This document shows, one piece after another, positions 11,036 through 22,151 of a stretch of DNA of 64,000 nt (positions are counted from its first letter, which is position 1; each line of letters opens with the position of its first letter). Source of the stretch: Escherichia coli. GTDB taxonomy: Bacteria > Pseudomonadota > Gammaproteobacteria > Enterobacterales > Enterobacteriaceae. The stretch lies in assembly GCF_030013205.1 (NCBI RefSeq), contig NZ_CP122648.1; one strand, 5' to 3'. A program made the position numbers and the translations under genes. The notes below the pieces were generated by a model. The model did not search any database and had not been told where the DNA came from. It saw only the letters and a program-made list of their open reading frames with translations.

Positions 11036-12079
11036 TTATCCACGTAGTGTAGCCGCAAAATCCAGCATACGATTGAGCGGCACCAGCGCCCTCTCTCGCA
11101 GCCTTTCATCAACATGAACCTCGTGATTGCTTCCTTCCTGTTCTAATGCCTCTGCGATGGCCTGAAGGCCATTCATGGCCATCCACGGACAATGCGCGCA
11201 GCTGCGGCAGGTTGCACCCTCACTTGCGGTTGGTGCTTCCAGTAACTCTTTATCTGGCACCGCCTGCTGCATTTTGTAGAAAATACCCCGATCGGTTGCC
11301 ACAATAAGCCTCTGATGTGGCAATGTTTTCGCAGCAGCGATCAGTTGACTGGTGGAACCGACCGCATCCGCCATATCGACAATAGCTTGTGGTGATTCTG
11401 GATGCACCAGTATGGCAGCATCCGGGTATTCTTCTTGCAAGCGGGTTAACGCCTGAGTCTTAAATTCATCATGCACAATGCAGGCACCCTGCCAGCATAA
11501 AATGTCTGCGCCCGTCTGTTTTTGCACGTAACGCCCCAGATGTTTGTCGGGAGCCCAGATGATTTTTTCACCCAAACTATCCAGATGATCAATAAGTTCG
11601 ACAGCAATGCTTGAAGTTACCACCCAATCTGCCCGCGCTTTTACCGCAGCAGAAGTGTTGGCGTAGACGACGACAGTATGATCGGGATGGGCATCGCAAA
11701 ATGCGTTAAATTCTTCAACTGGGCAGCCGAGATCCAGTGAACATTCAGCCTGAAGTGTCGGCATCAGAATTGTTTTTTCCGGACTGAGAATTTTGGCGGT
11801 TTCTCCCATAAATCTCACCCCAGCGACTAACAACGTAGAAGCGGGATGCTTTGCACCGAAGCGCGCCATTTCCAGAGAATCAGAAATACAGCCACCGGTT
11901 TCTTCTGCCAGTTGTTGAATTTCGGGATCGGTATAGTAATGGGCAACCATCACCGCATTACGTTCTTTTAGCAGACGTTTTATCTTCTCGCGGTAATACG
12001 CTTTTTCATCAATGCTTAACGGCGTCGGCTTCGGGGGGAAAGGATAAATCGCCGTGTCTGGATCAAACATCACGCTCAT
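11036..12079 (-). CDS. nadA: Quinolinate synthase A
   Basis: 347-aa ORF with conserved Cys residues for the 4Fe-4S cluster; matches NadA. Confidence 0.95.
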   Translation of the reverse strand: MSVMFDPDTAIYPFPPKPTPLSIDEKAYYREKIKRLLKERNAVMVAHYYTDPEIQQLAEETGGCISDSLEMARFGAKHPASTLLVAGVRFMGETAKILSPEKTILMPTLQAECSLDLGCPVEEFNAFCDAHPDHTVVVYANTSAAVKARADWVVTSSIAVELIDHLDSLGEKIIWAPDKHLGRYVQKQTGADILCWQGACIVHDEFKTQALTRLQEEYPDAAILVHPESPQAIVDMADAVGSTSQLIAAAKTLPHQRLIVATDRGIFYKMQQAVPDKELLEAPTASEGATCRSCAHCPWMAMNGLQAIAEALEQEGSNHEVHVDERLRERALVPLNRMLDFAATLRG

Positions 12080-12324
12080 CTTACCATCTCGTTTTACAGG
12101 CTTAACGTTAAAACCGACATGAGCGTAATATTCGCTGTTATCGGTGTAATTTGTTTTATATGCTAAACAAGATAGTCGAATGGTGGGGAAAAGTCACTCG
12201 AATTACGTATGAGATGCCGAATGCCACACTTTGCGTCTTATTTCTCCGACGTAAAGTTGTTTACGCAGCAAACGCGGAGTATGTCATCTGGGTTAAGAAT
12301 TGAAATTGAGAGATGCCTGAATAG

Positions 12325-12352
12325 CAAAAAAGCGCCTTTAGGGCGCTTTTTT
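12325..12352 (-). terminator. Intrinsic terminator at the end of the lysT tRNA operon
   Basis: Palindrome aaaaaagcgcc-ttta-gggcgctttttt; reads as hairpin plus U-run on either strand. Confidence 0.7.
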
Positions 12353-12356
12353 ACAT

Positions 12357-12432
12357 TGGTGGGTCGTGCAGGATTCGAACCTGCGACCAATTGATTAAAA
12401 GTCAACTGCTCTACCAACTGAGCTAACGACCC
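12357..12432 (-). tRNA. tRNA-Lys (anticodon UUU)
   Basis: Reverse complement matches recalled E. coli tRNA-Lys exactly, including encoded CCA. Confidence 0.9.
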
Positions 12433-12465
12433 CTTGCGGGATTATGCTGCTTTAATCATTCAGGA

Positions 12466-12541
12466 TGGTGGGTCGTGCAGGATTCGAACCTGCGACCAAT
12501 TGATTAAAAGTCAACTGCTCTACCAACTGAGCTAACGACCC
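12466..12541 (-). tRNA. tRNA-Lys (anticodon UUU)
   Basis: Identical 76-nt copy of the tRNA-Lys sequence. Confidence 0.9.
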
Positions 12542-12589
12542 ATACGGGTGTTACCTGAAAGATTTCTACTCGAAACCAATCTTTAAGAT

Positions 12590-12660
12590 TGGTGGGTCGT
12601 GCAGGATGACTCGCTTCGCTCGCCCTACGGGCCGTTGCTGGCGCAACGTTATCCTTCACG
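12590..12660 (-). repeat. tRNA-Lys 3'-end-derived remnant repeat (copy 1)
   Basis: First 18 nt (tggtgggtcgtgcaggat) are identical to the tRNA-Lys 3' end including CCA, then the sequence diverges into a segment with small palindromes (gttgc-gtca-gcaac, gccc-gaa-gggc when read on the - strand). Confidence 0.6.
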
Positions 12661-12687
12661 CTTAACATCTGAGTTTGATGTTAAAAC

Positions 12688-12763
12688 TGGTGGGTCGTGC
12701 AGGATTCGAACCTGCGACCAATTGATTAAAAGTCAACTGCTCTACCAACTGAGCTAACGACCC
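12688..12763 (-). tRNA. tRNA-Lys (anticodon UUU)
   Basis: Identical 76-nt copy of tRNA-Lys. Confidence 0.9.
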
Positions 12764-12765
12764 GG

Positions 12766-12841
12766 TGGTGGGTGATGACGGGATCGAACCGCCGACCCCC
12801 TCCTTGTAAGGGAGGTGCTCTCCCAGCTGAGCTAATCACCC
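12766..12841 (-). tRNA. tRNA-Val (anticodon UAC)
   Basis: Reverse complement matches recalled E. coli tRNA-Val(UAC); lies 2 nt from the adjacent tRNA-Lys. Confidence 0.9.
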
Positions 12842-12886
12842 GATACTACGCTGGATACTACAACTAACTAGGTTAGTGGTGGGTCG

Positions 12887-12957
12887 TGCAGGATGACTCG
12901 ACTTCGTCTCGCCCTTCGGGCCGTTGCTGACGCAACGTTATCCTTCACGTTTTACTA
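12887..12957 (-). repeat. tRNA-Lys 3'-end-derived remnant repeat (copy 2)
   Basis: Same structure as copy 1 with a few substitutions (tggtgggtcgtgcaggatgactcgacttcgtctcgcccttcgggccgttgctgacgcaacgttatccttcacg). Confidence 0.6.
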
Positions 12958-12976
12958 CCGCTTCCACCTTAGCGAT

Positions 12977-13052
12977 TGGTGGGTCGTGCAGGATTCGAAC
13001 CTGCGACCAATTGATTAAAAGTCAACTGCTCTACCAACTGAGCTAACGACCC
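12977..13052 (-). tRNA. lysT: tRNA-Lys (anticodon UUU), first gene of the operon
   Basis: Identical 76-nt tRNA-Lys sequence; promoter-like elements lie just upstream. Confidence 0.9.
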
Positions 13053-13094
13053 ACTTTTTCGTTGCTTTCGGTTTGTTTGATATCCCGTGGCAAC

Positions 13095-13140
13095 GGCGGC
13101 ATATATTACTGATTTCAGACTTGAGCGCAACAAAAATTTC
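13095..13140 (-). promoter_or_regulatory. Putative promoter of the lysT tRNA operon
   Basis: On the - strand: -35 TTGCGC (13125-13130), 16-bp spacer, -10 TAATAT (13103-13108), GC-rich discriminator (atgccgcc), AT-rich UP-like stretch upstream. Confidence 0.5.
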
Positions 13141-13216
13141 GATGTAGATCACTCAACTGCTTATGATTCGCACGACACGACCAGAAATAATGCGACTTCT
13201 GGTCGTGTGTTATGCA

Positions 13217-14008
13217 TTACATCGCGTTCAGACGTTTTTGCGCCTGTTTAGCGCCATCAGTACCAGGGTATTTACTGATAACCTGCTGGTATACGGCTTT
13301 CGCTTTTGCGGTGTCACCTTTGTCCTGCATGATGACGCCGACTTTAAACATCGCATCTGCAGCCTTCGGTGACTTCGGATAGTTTTTCACTACCGAAGCA
13401 AAATAATACGCAGCGTCATCTTTTTTACCCTTGTTGTAGTTTAACTGACCCAGCCAATAATTGGCGTTTGGCAGGTAAGTTGAATCAGGGTAATTTTTGA
13501 TGAAATTCTGAAATGCCACCATTGCGTCATCCTGGCGGGATTTATCCTGCACCAGCGCAATAGCTGCATTGTAATCCGTGTTTGCATCACCGCTTTTCAC
13601 CGGCGCGCCAGCATTCGCAGTACCAGCATCAGCTGTCGGCGTCGTTGATGCCGCCGCACCGCTTTGATCGCCGCTGGTTGATTGCGCCGCTGCACCACCG
13701 CTGCTGAGGCTATCGATCTGCAACAGGATCTGCTTTTGCCGCTCCATGACCTGATTCAGTTGATACTGATTTTCCTGAATCTGACCACGCAGGGAATCAA
13801 TATCGGATTGATTATCAGAGAGTTGTTGCTGGAGTTGGGTTAAAAGCTGGCTGTGAGCATTTGAAATACGCTCAAGTTGAGTGACGCGGTCTTCGACCGA
13901 GCCTGAGCCGACACTACTGATTGGTGCCTGAGCAAAAGCGGCCCAGGGGGCCGCTATACCAACCAGTAACGACAGACTCAATAGTTGATGTCTGAAGTTA
14001 CTGCTCAT
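13217..14008 (-). CDS. cpoB: Cell division coordinator CpoB (YbgF), TPR protein
   Basis: 263-aa ORF: signal peptide, Gln/Leu-rich coiled coil, C-terminal TPR repeats; last gene of the tol-pal cluster. Confidence 0.9.
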   Translation of the reverse strand: MSSNFRHQLLSLSLLVGIAAPWAAFAQAPISSVGSGSVEDRVTQLERISNAHSQLLTQLQQQLSDNQSDIDSLRGQIQENQYQLNQVMERQKQILLQIDSLSSGGAAAQSTSGDQSGAAASTTPTADAGTANAGAPVKSGDANTDYNAAIALVQDKSRQDDAMVAFQNFIKNYPDSTYLPNANYWLGQLNYNKGKKDDAAYYFASVVKNYPKSPKAADAMFKVGVIMQDKGDTAKAKAVYQQVISKYPGTDGAKQAQKRLNAM

Positions 14009-14017
14009 GCAATTCTC

Positions 14018-14563
<546 letters not shown>

Positions 14564-14573
14564 TTAATTATTA

Positions 14574-15866
14574 TCACAGATACGGCGACCAGGCAGGGAA
14601 TTTGACCTGTCCATCAGTTGCCGGAAGACGCGCTTTGAAACGCCCATCTGTAGAAACCAAATTCAGCACGGATCCCATCCCCTGAGAAGAGCTGTAGATT
14701 ACCATAGTGCCGTTAGGTGCCAGACTTGGCGTTTCATCCAGGAACGTGGACGACAGAACTTGTACGCCTCCCGTTGCCAGATCTTGTTTGGCAATGTGCT
14801 GCTGCCCACCATTGGAGCTGACCATTACCATAAATTTACCGTCGCTGCTGACATCCGCATCCTGGTTCTGCGAACCTTCCCAGGTAATACGTTGTGGCGC
14901 ACCGCCGTTGATATTCACTTTATAAACCTGTGGACGACCGGCCTGGTCAGAAGTAAATGCCAGGTTCTGGCTGTCCGGGAACCAGGTCGGTTCGGTATTG
15001 TTACTGCGACCATCCGTCACCTGGCGGATCTGACCAGAAGCCAAATCCATTACGTACAGGTTCAGACTACCGGTTTTCGACAAGGCGAATGCCAGTTTGC
15101 TGCCGTCTGGCGAGAATGCAGGTGCACCGTTGTGACGCGGGAATGAAGCCACCTGACGTACAGCGCCATTTGCCAGCGTTTGGATGACCAGCGCGGAACG
15201 ACCGCTTTCGAAGGTCACATAAGCCAGTTTAGAACCGTCTGGTGACCACGCCGGAGACATCAGCGGCTGCGGTGAACGGTGAACGACAAACTGGTTGTAA
15301 CCGTCATAGTCAGATACGCGCAGTTCATACGGGAACTGACCGCCGTTGGTCTGAACAACGTAGGCAATACGGGTACGGAACGCACCTTTAATGCCGGTCA
15401 GTTTTTCAAACACTTCATCACTGGCGGTATGACCAGCATAACGCAGCCACTGCTTGTTCACTTTGTACGAGTTCTGAGCAAGTACAGTACCCGGTGCGCC
15501 GCCAGTGTCAACAAGTTGATAAGCAACATTGTAAGAACCATCCGGATTCGGAGTGACCTGACCGACAACTACAGCGTCAATGCCCAGTGCGGACCATGCA
15601 GCTGGTTGTACTTCCTGCGCACTACCCGGCTGCTGTGGCAGACGAGCGCGATCTAACGGATTAAATTTACCGCTGTTACGCAAGTCGGCAGCAACGATGC
15701 CGCCAATATCTTCAGGTGCCGCACCAGGGCCCGCCCACTGGAAAGGAACAACTCCAATAGGACGACCGGAATCTACACCGCTGTCGATCACAATGCGGAC
15801 TTCAGCATGCAGAACTGATGCCCACAGTATGAGAAAACCAAATGCTACTCGTAATGCCTGCTTCAT
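14574..15866 (-). CDS. tolB: Tol-Pal system periplasmic protein TolB
   Basis: ORF 14574..15869 (MMKQALR...); beta-propeller protein matching TolB. Confidence 0.95.
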   Translation of the reverse strand: MKQALRVAFGFLILWASVLHAEVRIVIDSGVDSGRPIGVVPFQWAGPGAAPEDIGGIVAADLRNSGKFNPLDRARLPQQPGSAQEVQPAAWSALGIDAVVVGQVTPNPDGSYNVAYQLVDTGGAPGTVLAQNSYKVNKQWLRYAGHTASDEVFEKLTGIKGAFRTRIAYVVQTNGGQFPYELRVSDYDGYNQFVVHRSPQPLMSPAWSPDGSKLAYVTFESGRSALVIQTLANGAVRQVASFPRHNGAPAFSPDGSKLAFALSKTGSLNLYVMDLASGQIRQVTDGRSNNTEPTWFPDSQNLAFTSDQAGRPQVYKVNINGGAPQRITWEGSQNQDADVSSDGKFMVMVSSNGGQQHIAKQDLATGGVQVLSSTFLDETPSLAPNGTMVIYSSSQGMGSVLNLVSTDGRFKARLPATDGQVKFPAWSPYL

Positions 15867-15998
15867 CATATCTCCCTTATCTGGACCGATGGCCCACGAT
15901 AATTTAGCAGAATGTTAACAAACTAAAATACACAAAACTACCAGAACCCCGTGGCAACCGGTGCCTGATGTTGACCGTCGGAACAGTCAACATCGCGA

Positions 15999-17264
15999 TT
16001 ACGGTTTGAAGTCCAATGGCGCGTTTTTGAACACTTCATATACTGCCTGGCTTGGTGGTTTCGGGATCTTCGCAAGTTTAGCTGCTGCCAACGCAGCCTG
16101 ACAAAGTGCGGGATCGCCACCTTCAGGTTTGATATCCAGTAACATACCATCGGGTGCCAGTTTTATGCGCAGCGTACAGGTTTTGCCTGCATAGGACGAT
16201 GCGTCGTAGAACTTACTTTCGATAGCAGATTTAATCTGCCCGGCATAGTTATTGATATCGGCCCCTGATGCGCCATTGTTTTTAGTATTACCACTCCCAG
16301 CAGGCGAAGCATTGTTCCCTTTCGCCCCTCCCCCCGTTTTCGGTGCATTCTTACCAGAGCTTAGCTCACCGAAAATATCATCTGCCTCTGCGGCAGCTTT
16401 TGCTGCAGCGGCTTTTTCAGCTGCTGCTTTTGCCGCTGCCGCTTTTTTGTCTGCGGCGGCTTTTTCTGCCGCTGCTTTTTTATCAGCTGCTGCCTTTTCA
16501 GCAGCCGCTTTTTCTGCTGCTTTTTTGTCGGCTGCAGCTTTCTCTGCTGCCGCTTTCTTATCAGCTGCAGCCTTTTCAGCAGCCGCTTTCTTCTCAGCTT
16601 CTGCCTTGGCTTTTTCAGCAGCTTCAGTTGCTGCTTTCTTTCTTGCTTCAGCTGCAGCTGCTTCTGCCGCTTCCGCTTTCTTCTTCAGTGCCGCCGCGGC
16701 TGCCTCGGCTTTTTTCTGCGCTTCGGCTGCGGCTTTGGCGGCTTCTGCTTCTGCTTTTTTCTTCGCGTCTGCAGCCGCTTTCTTCGCTGCTTCTTCCGCA
16801 GCTTTAGCATCCGCTTCGGCCTTCGCTTTAGCATCTGCCGCCGCTTTCGCTGCCGCTTCTTCCGCTTGCTTCTGCTTTAACTCGGCCTGTTTTGCGGCTT
16901 CTTCAGCCTGCTTTTTCTGTTCCTGAGCAGCTAACCGCTCTTTCTCAAGTTGCTTCAGGCGTTCCTGTTCAGCCGCTTGTTTCTCACGCAGTTCTTCAGC
17001 AGCCTGCTGTTCCTTCATCTTGCGCTGCTCATCAGAACGCTTCGCGCTTGATTCCTGGCTTTGCATGCGTTTGTACTGCTCAACTACCGCACCTGAATCA
17101 ACCATGACAGCGTCGATGGATGAACCACCGCCGCCTCCGGCTGAAGCTTCTATATTCTCATCGAACGAACTCCAGATCAGCGCCGCAAATAAGATGACAT
17201 GCAGCACTGCTGAAATAATTATCGCCCGCTTGAGCTTGTCGTTTTGTTCGGTTGCCTTTGACAC
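15999..17264 (-). CDS. tolA: Tol-Pal system protein TolA
   Basis: 421-aa ORF: N-terminal TM anchor, long Ala/Lys/Glu-rich helical domain II, C-terminal domain III. Confidence 0.9.
   Translation of the reverse strand: MSKATEQNDKLKRAIIISAVLHVILFAALIWSSFDENIEASAGGGGGSSIDAVMVDSGAVVEQYKRMQSQESSAKRSDEQRKMKEQQAAEELREKQAAEQERLKQLEKERLAAQEQKKQAEEAAKQAELKQKQAEEAAAKAAADAKAKAEADAKAAEEAAKKAAADAKKKAEAEAAKAAAEAQKKAEAAAAALKKKAEAAEAAAAEARKKAATEAAEKAKAEAEKKAAAEKAAADKKAAAEKAAADKKAAEKAAAEKAAADKKAAAEKAAADKKAAAAKAAAEKAAAAKAAAEADDIFGELSSGKNAPKTGGGAKGNNASPAGSGNTKNNGASGADINNYAGQIKSAIESKFYDASSYAGKTCTLRIKLAPDGMLLDIKPEGGDPALCQAALAAAKLAKIPKPPSQAVYEVFKNAPLDFKP
16380..16900 (-). repeat. Imperfect tandem repeats encoding the Ala/Lys/Glu-rich helical domain II of TolA
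   Basis: Repeated gctgc(t/c)gc... units on the + strand, translating to reiterated (E/K/D)-(K/A)-AAA motifs. Confidence 0.8.
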
Positions 17265-17328
17265 TCTCGGTTTCCAAAAACTGTTCGCCTGTTACCCGCT
17301 CTCTTTCAAGCAAGGGAAACGCAGATGT

Positions 17329-17757
17329 TTAGATAGGCTGCGTCATTAAACCAACCGATTTCACACCCGCACTATGTAACAAGTTCAGTGCTTTAATTAT
17401 TTCATCGTAAGGCACATCTTTTGCGCCACCGATCAGAAAGACCGTTTTCGGGTTGGCCTTGAAACGGCTGGACACTTCCGCCACCACCTGCTCTGGTGGT
17501 AAACGCTCCAGGCGATCTTTCTCAACCACCACGGTGTACTGACCAATACCAGACACTTCAACAATCACTGGCGGATTATCGTTACTGCTCACCGCCTGTG
17601 ATTCAGTAGCGTCTGGCAGATCGACCTCCACGCTCTGGGTGATGATGGGCGCTGTCGCCATAAAGATCAGCAACAGCACCAGCAGTACGTCCAGCAACGG
17701 TACAATGTTGATTTCGGACTTGAGATCGCGACGACCTCGTCCACGCGCTCTGGCCAT
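17329..17757 (-). CDS. tolR: Tol-Pal system protein TolR
   Basis: 142-aa ORF, ExbD/TolR family, single TM. Confidence 0.95.
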   Translation of the reverse strand: MARARGRGRRDLKSEINIVPLLDVLLVLLLIFMATAPIITQSVEVDLPDATESQAVSSNDNPPVIVEVSGIGQYTVVVEKDRLERLPPEQVVAEVSSRFKANPKTVFLIGGAKDVPYDEIIKALNLLHSAGVKSVGLMTQPI

Positions 17758-17760
17758 GGC

Positions 17761-18854
<1,094 letters not shown>

Positions 18855-18954
18855 TTTACATCCCGGTAATGCAACAAAAGTTAGAGCTTTTAAACGCTGC
18901 TACTATACGCGCGCGATTGAGGTTTGGGAATGAGGGCAAGTTAAGGGAGCGTAA

Positions 18955-18990
18955 AAATTTATGGGCCTGAAGCGGCCCATAAATTTTTAA
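18955..18990 (-). terminator. Bidirectional intrinsic terminator downstream of ybgE
   Basis: Palindrome aaatttatgggcc-tgaagc-ggcccataaattt flanked by T-runs. Confidence 0.6.
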
Positions 18991-19003
18991 AGAGAATTCT
19001 GAT

Positions 19004-19297
19004 TTAAAAGAAGAAGAAAATCAGCCCGACAATGAGAACAATATCGGCAAGCAAAGGGCAAAAAATCCCTTGCCAGAGAACCTTCTGCGGACGAAAGCCC
19101 ACGCCGTGAATAACACCAGCACAGACGGCCCACATCAGCAATAAACCATGCCAGATTTCCAGTTCACTGGTCTTCGCGGCGAAACGTGACGGGTCCCAAA
19201 ACATACATCCTGCTAACAGAAGCGCCATCACGAAGGAAAGCGCCCGCAGGGGGCGCTTGTCCATTACCGCATACAAGGTTGCGATAATCTTACTCAT
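19004..19297 (-). CDS. ybgE: Small membrane protein YbgE (cyd operon)
   Basis: 97-aa hydrophobic ORF downstream of cydB/cydX. Confidence 0.85.
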   Translation of the reverse strand: MSKIIATLYAVMDKRPLRALSFVMALLLAGCMFWDPSRFAAKTSELEIWHGLLLMWAVCAGVIHGVGFRPQKVLWQGIFCPLLADIVLIVGLIFFFF

Positions 19298-19410
19298 CAG
19301 ATGTCTTCTTGACCGGCTTTGCCTGATTCGACGTGCTCAAGCGCCAGCGCGGTGATTACCCCAAACGAACAGGCAAGAAGCGTTCCCAGAATCCATGCGA
19401 AATACCACAT
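19297..19410 (-). CDS. cydX: Cytochrome bd-I accessory small subunit CydX (37 aa)
   Basis: Hand-translated from the - strand: MWYFAWILGTLLACSFGVITALALEHVESGKAGQEDI*; below the ORF-track size cutoff; its stop overlaps the ybgE start codon by 1 nt. Confidence 0.85.
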   Translation of the reverse strand: MWYFAWILGTLLACSFGVITALALEHVESGKAGQEDI

Positions 19411-19424
19411 TTTTAGCTCCTTAC

Positions 19425-20564
19425 TTAGTACAGAGAGTGGGTGTTACGTTCAATATCTTCTTTGGTGATACGACCGAACATTTTCCAGTAACACCAGGCG
19501 GTGTAGAGCAGAATGATCGGTACCAGAACCACCGCAACCCAGGTCATGACGTTAAGTGTCAGCTGGCTGGAAGTTGCATCCCACATTGTCAGACTTGCGT
19601 TCATCATGGTGCTGGACGGCATCACAAACGGGAACATTGCGATACCGGCAGTCAGGATGATGCAGGCCAGCGTCAGGGAGGAGAACACAAACGCCCACGC
19701 GGCTTTATCCATACGTGCAGTCAGGATGGTCAGCAGCGGCAGAACCACACCCAGTGCCGGAATAGCCCACAGAATTGGCGTGTTGTTGAAGTTTACCAGC
19801 CATGCGCCAGCTTCACGAACCACTTCTTTATTCAGCGGGTTAGAGGCTGCGTAATGGTCCATTGTCGATTTCACGACATAACCATCGATACCGTACATCA
19901 CCCATACGCCAGCCAGTGCGAAGCAGACCAGTGTCACCAGTGCCGCCACCTGAGCCGTTGCACGGGTACGCAGGTGCAGTTCGCCCACGGTACGCATTTG
20001 CAGGTAAGTCGCGCCCTGAGTAATGATCATTCCTACGCTCACCACGCCAGCCAGCAGGCCGAACGGGTTAAGCAGCTGGAAGAAGTTACCGGTGTAGTAC
20101 AGACGCAGATATTCATCAACGTTGAACGGTACGCCCTGCAACAGGTTACCGAACGCCACACCAATCACCAGCGGCGGAACGAAGCTACCAATGAAGATGC
20201 CCCAGTCCCACATGTTACGCCAGCGGGTTTCTTCAATCTTGGAGCGGTAGTCAAAACCGACCGGACGGAAGAACAAAGATGCCAGCACGAGGATCATCGC
20301 CACATAGAAGCCGGAGAACGCAGCGGCATAGACCATCGGCCAGGCAGCAAAGAGTGCGCCGCCCGCGGTGATCAGCCAAACCTGGTTACCGTCCCAGTGT
20401 GGTGCAATGGAGTTAATCATAATTCGACGCTCGGTGTCGTTACGACCGAGGAAACGGGTGAGCATGCCCACCCCCATGTCGAAACCGTCAGTGACTGCAA
20501 AACCAATCAGCAGAACGCCAACCAGCAGCCACCAGATAAAACGCAATACTTCATAATCGATCAT
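19425..20564 (-). CDS. cydB: Cytochrome bd-I ubiquinol oxidase subunit II
   Basis: 379-aa polytopic membrane ORF matching CydB. Confidence 0.95.
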   Translation of the reverse strand: MIDYEVLRFIWWLLVGVLLIGFAVTDGFDMGVGMLTRFLGRNDTERRIMINSIAPHWDGNQVWLITAGGALFAAWPMVYAAAFSGFYVAMILVLASLFFRPVGFDYRSKIEETRWRNMWDWGIFIGSFVPPLVIGVAFGNLLQGVPFNVDEYLRLYYTGNFFQLLNPFGLLAGVVSVGMIITQGATYLQMRTVGELHLRTRATAQVAALVTLVCFALAGVWVMYGIDGYVVKSTMDHYAASNPLNKEVVREAGAWLVNFNNTPILWAIPALGVVLPLLTILTARMDKAAWAFVFSSLTLACIILTAGIAMFPFVMPSSTMMNASLTMWDATSSQLTLNVMTWVAVVLVPIILLYTAWCYWKMFGRITKEDIERNTHSLY

Positions 20565-20579
20565 TTGACGACTCCTGTC

Positions 20580-22148
20580 TTAGCGTGCCGGCTGAGTAGT
20601 CGTGGAAGACTGCTCAAAGTGATAGCGACCGGTTTTCAGGCTGCTTGGGCCGAGGCGTGCATACTTGAACATTAAGAACAATTCTGCCACCAGGAACAGG
20701 GTATACAGGCCGCAAATCAGCACCATTGAGAAGATGAGATCGCCTGCGGTCAGTGACGAGTTCGCCACAGCTGTCGGCAGCACTTCACCGATAGCCCACG
20801 GTTGGCGGCCATATTCAGCCACGAACCAGCCCGCTTCTACAGCAATCCACGGCAGCGGAATACCGTACAGCGCGGCGCGCAGCAGCCATTTTTTCTCGCC
20901 AATGCGGTTGCGGATGACACTCCAGAAAGAGAGCGCGATGATTGCCAGCAGCAGGAAGCCACACGCCACCATGATACGGAACGCGAAGTACAGCGGCGCT
21001 ACACGCGGAATGGAGTCTTTGGTTGCCTGTTGAATCTGCGCTTCAGTCGCATCCGCCACGTTTGGCGTATAGCGTTTCAGCAGCAGACCGTAACCGAGGT
21101 CTTTCTTCATGCTATTGAACTGGTCACGAACCGCCTGGTCGGTAGAACCAGAACGCAGTTGTTCGAGCAGAGAGTACGCCTTCATCCCGTTACGAATGCG
21201 TTCTTCATGCTGCACCATCAGCTCTTTCAGGCCGATAACCGGGGTATCCACGGAACGCGTTGCAATGATGCCCAGTGCGTAAGGGATCTGGATTGCAAAT
21301 TTGTTCGTCTCCTCTTCCTGATCAGGAATGCCGAACAGAGTAAAGGCAGCAGGTGCAGGTTGCGTTTCCCACTCGGCTTCAATAGCAGCCAGTTTGGTTT
21401 TCTGCACGTCGCCCATTTCGTAACCAGATTCATCACCCAGAACAATAACAGACAGAACGGCAGCCATACCGAAGCTGGCAGCGATAGCAAAGGAGCGTTT
21501 AGCGAAGGCGAAGTCACGACCTTTCAGCATATACCATGCGCTGATACCGAGGATGAACATCGCGCCAGTCACATAACCAGAGGCTACAGTGTGAACGAAT
21601 TTCACCTGAGCAACCGGGTTAAGCACCAGCTCGGAGAAGCTCACCATCTCCATACGCATAGTTTCAAAGTTGAAATCGGATGCGATTGGGTTTTGCATCC
21701 AGCCGTTCGCAACCAGAATCCACAGTGCGGACAGGTTTGAACCGAGCGCCACCAGCCAGGTGACACACATATGCTGAACTTTACCCAGACGATCCCAACC
21801 GAAGAAGAACAGACCTACAAAGGTGGATTCGAGGAAGAAGGCCATCAGACCTTCGATTGCCAGCGGCGCACCGAAGATATCCCCTACATAGTGGGAATAG
21901 TAAGACCAGTTAGTCCCGAACTGGAACTCCATGGTCAGACCGGTAGCCACACCCAGAGCGAAGTTGATACCAAACAACTTGCCCCAGAACTTGGTCATAT
22001 CTTTATAAATCTGTTTGCCGGAAAGGACGTAGACCGTTTCCATAATGGCCAGCAGGAACGCCATACCGAGCGTCAGTGGCACAAAAAGGAAGTGGTACAT
22101 CGCGGTCAAGGCAAACTGTAAGCGCGACAGTTCGACTATATCTAACAT
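20580..22148 (-). CDS. cydA: Cytochrome bd-I ubiquinol oxidase subunit I
   Basis: ORF 20580..22151 (MMLDIV...); matches CydA, start at the second Met. Confidence 0.95.
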   Translation of the reverse strand: MLDIVELSRLQFALTAMYHFLFVPLTLGMAFLLAIMETVYVLSGKQIYKDMTKFWGKLFGINFALGVATGLTMEFQFGTNWSYYSHYVGDIFGAPLAIEGLMAFFLESTFVGLFFFGWDRLGKVQHMCVTWLVALGSNLSALWILVANGWMQNPIASDFNFETMRMEMVSFSELVLNPVAQVKFVHTVASGYVTGAMFILGISAWYMLKGRDFAFAKRSFAIAASFGMAAVLSVIVLGDESGYEMGDVQKTKLAAIEAEWETQPAPAAFTLFGIPDQEEETNKFAIQIPYALGIIATRSVDTPVIGLKELMVQHEERIRNGMKAYSLLEQLRSGSTDQAVRDQFNSMKKDLGYGLLLKRYTPNVADATEAQIQQATKDSIPRVAPLYFAFRIMVACGFLLLAIIALSFWSVIRNRIGEKKWLLRAALYGIPLPWIAVEAGWFVAEYGRQPWAIGEVLPTAVANSSLTAGDLIFSMVLICGLYTLFLVAELFLMFKYARLGPSSLKTGRYHFEQSSTTTQPAR

Positions 22149-22151
22149 CAT

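Noticed and set aside
12590-12660. Possible additional tRNA genes in the lysT operon spacers
   Set aside because: Only the 3'-terminal 18 nt match tRNA-Lys; the remainder cannot fold into a cloverleaf, so these are called remnants or spacer repeats, not tRNA genes.
16380-16900. CRISPR-like appearance of the regular short repeats
   Set aside because: Repeats are in-frame coding repeats within tolA with no spacer/repeat alternation and no cas genes; not a CRISPR array.
16252-16926. Long ORFs (224 aa, 154 aa) antisense to tolA, rich in Ala/Phe/Ser/Leu
   Set aside because: Artefact of the GC- and repeat-rich tolA domain II coding sequence on the opposite strand; low-complexity translation with no start context.
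19395-20675. 426-aa ORF on the + strand spanning cydB
   Set aside because: Antisense to a strongly supported membrane-protein gene; His/Gln/Arg-rich low-complexity translation typical of antisense frames in GC-rich genes.
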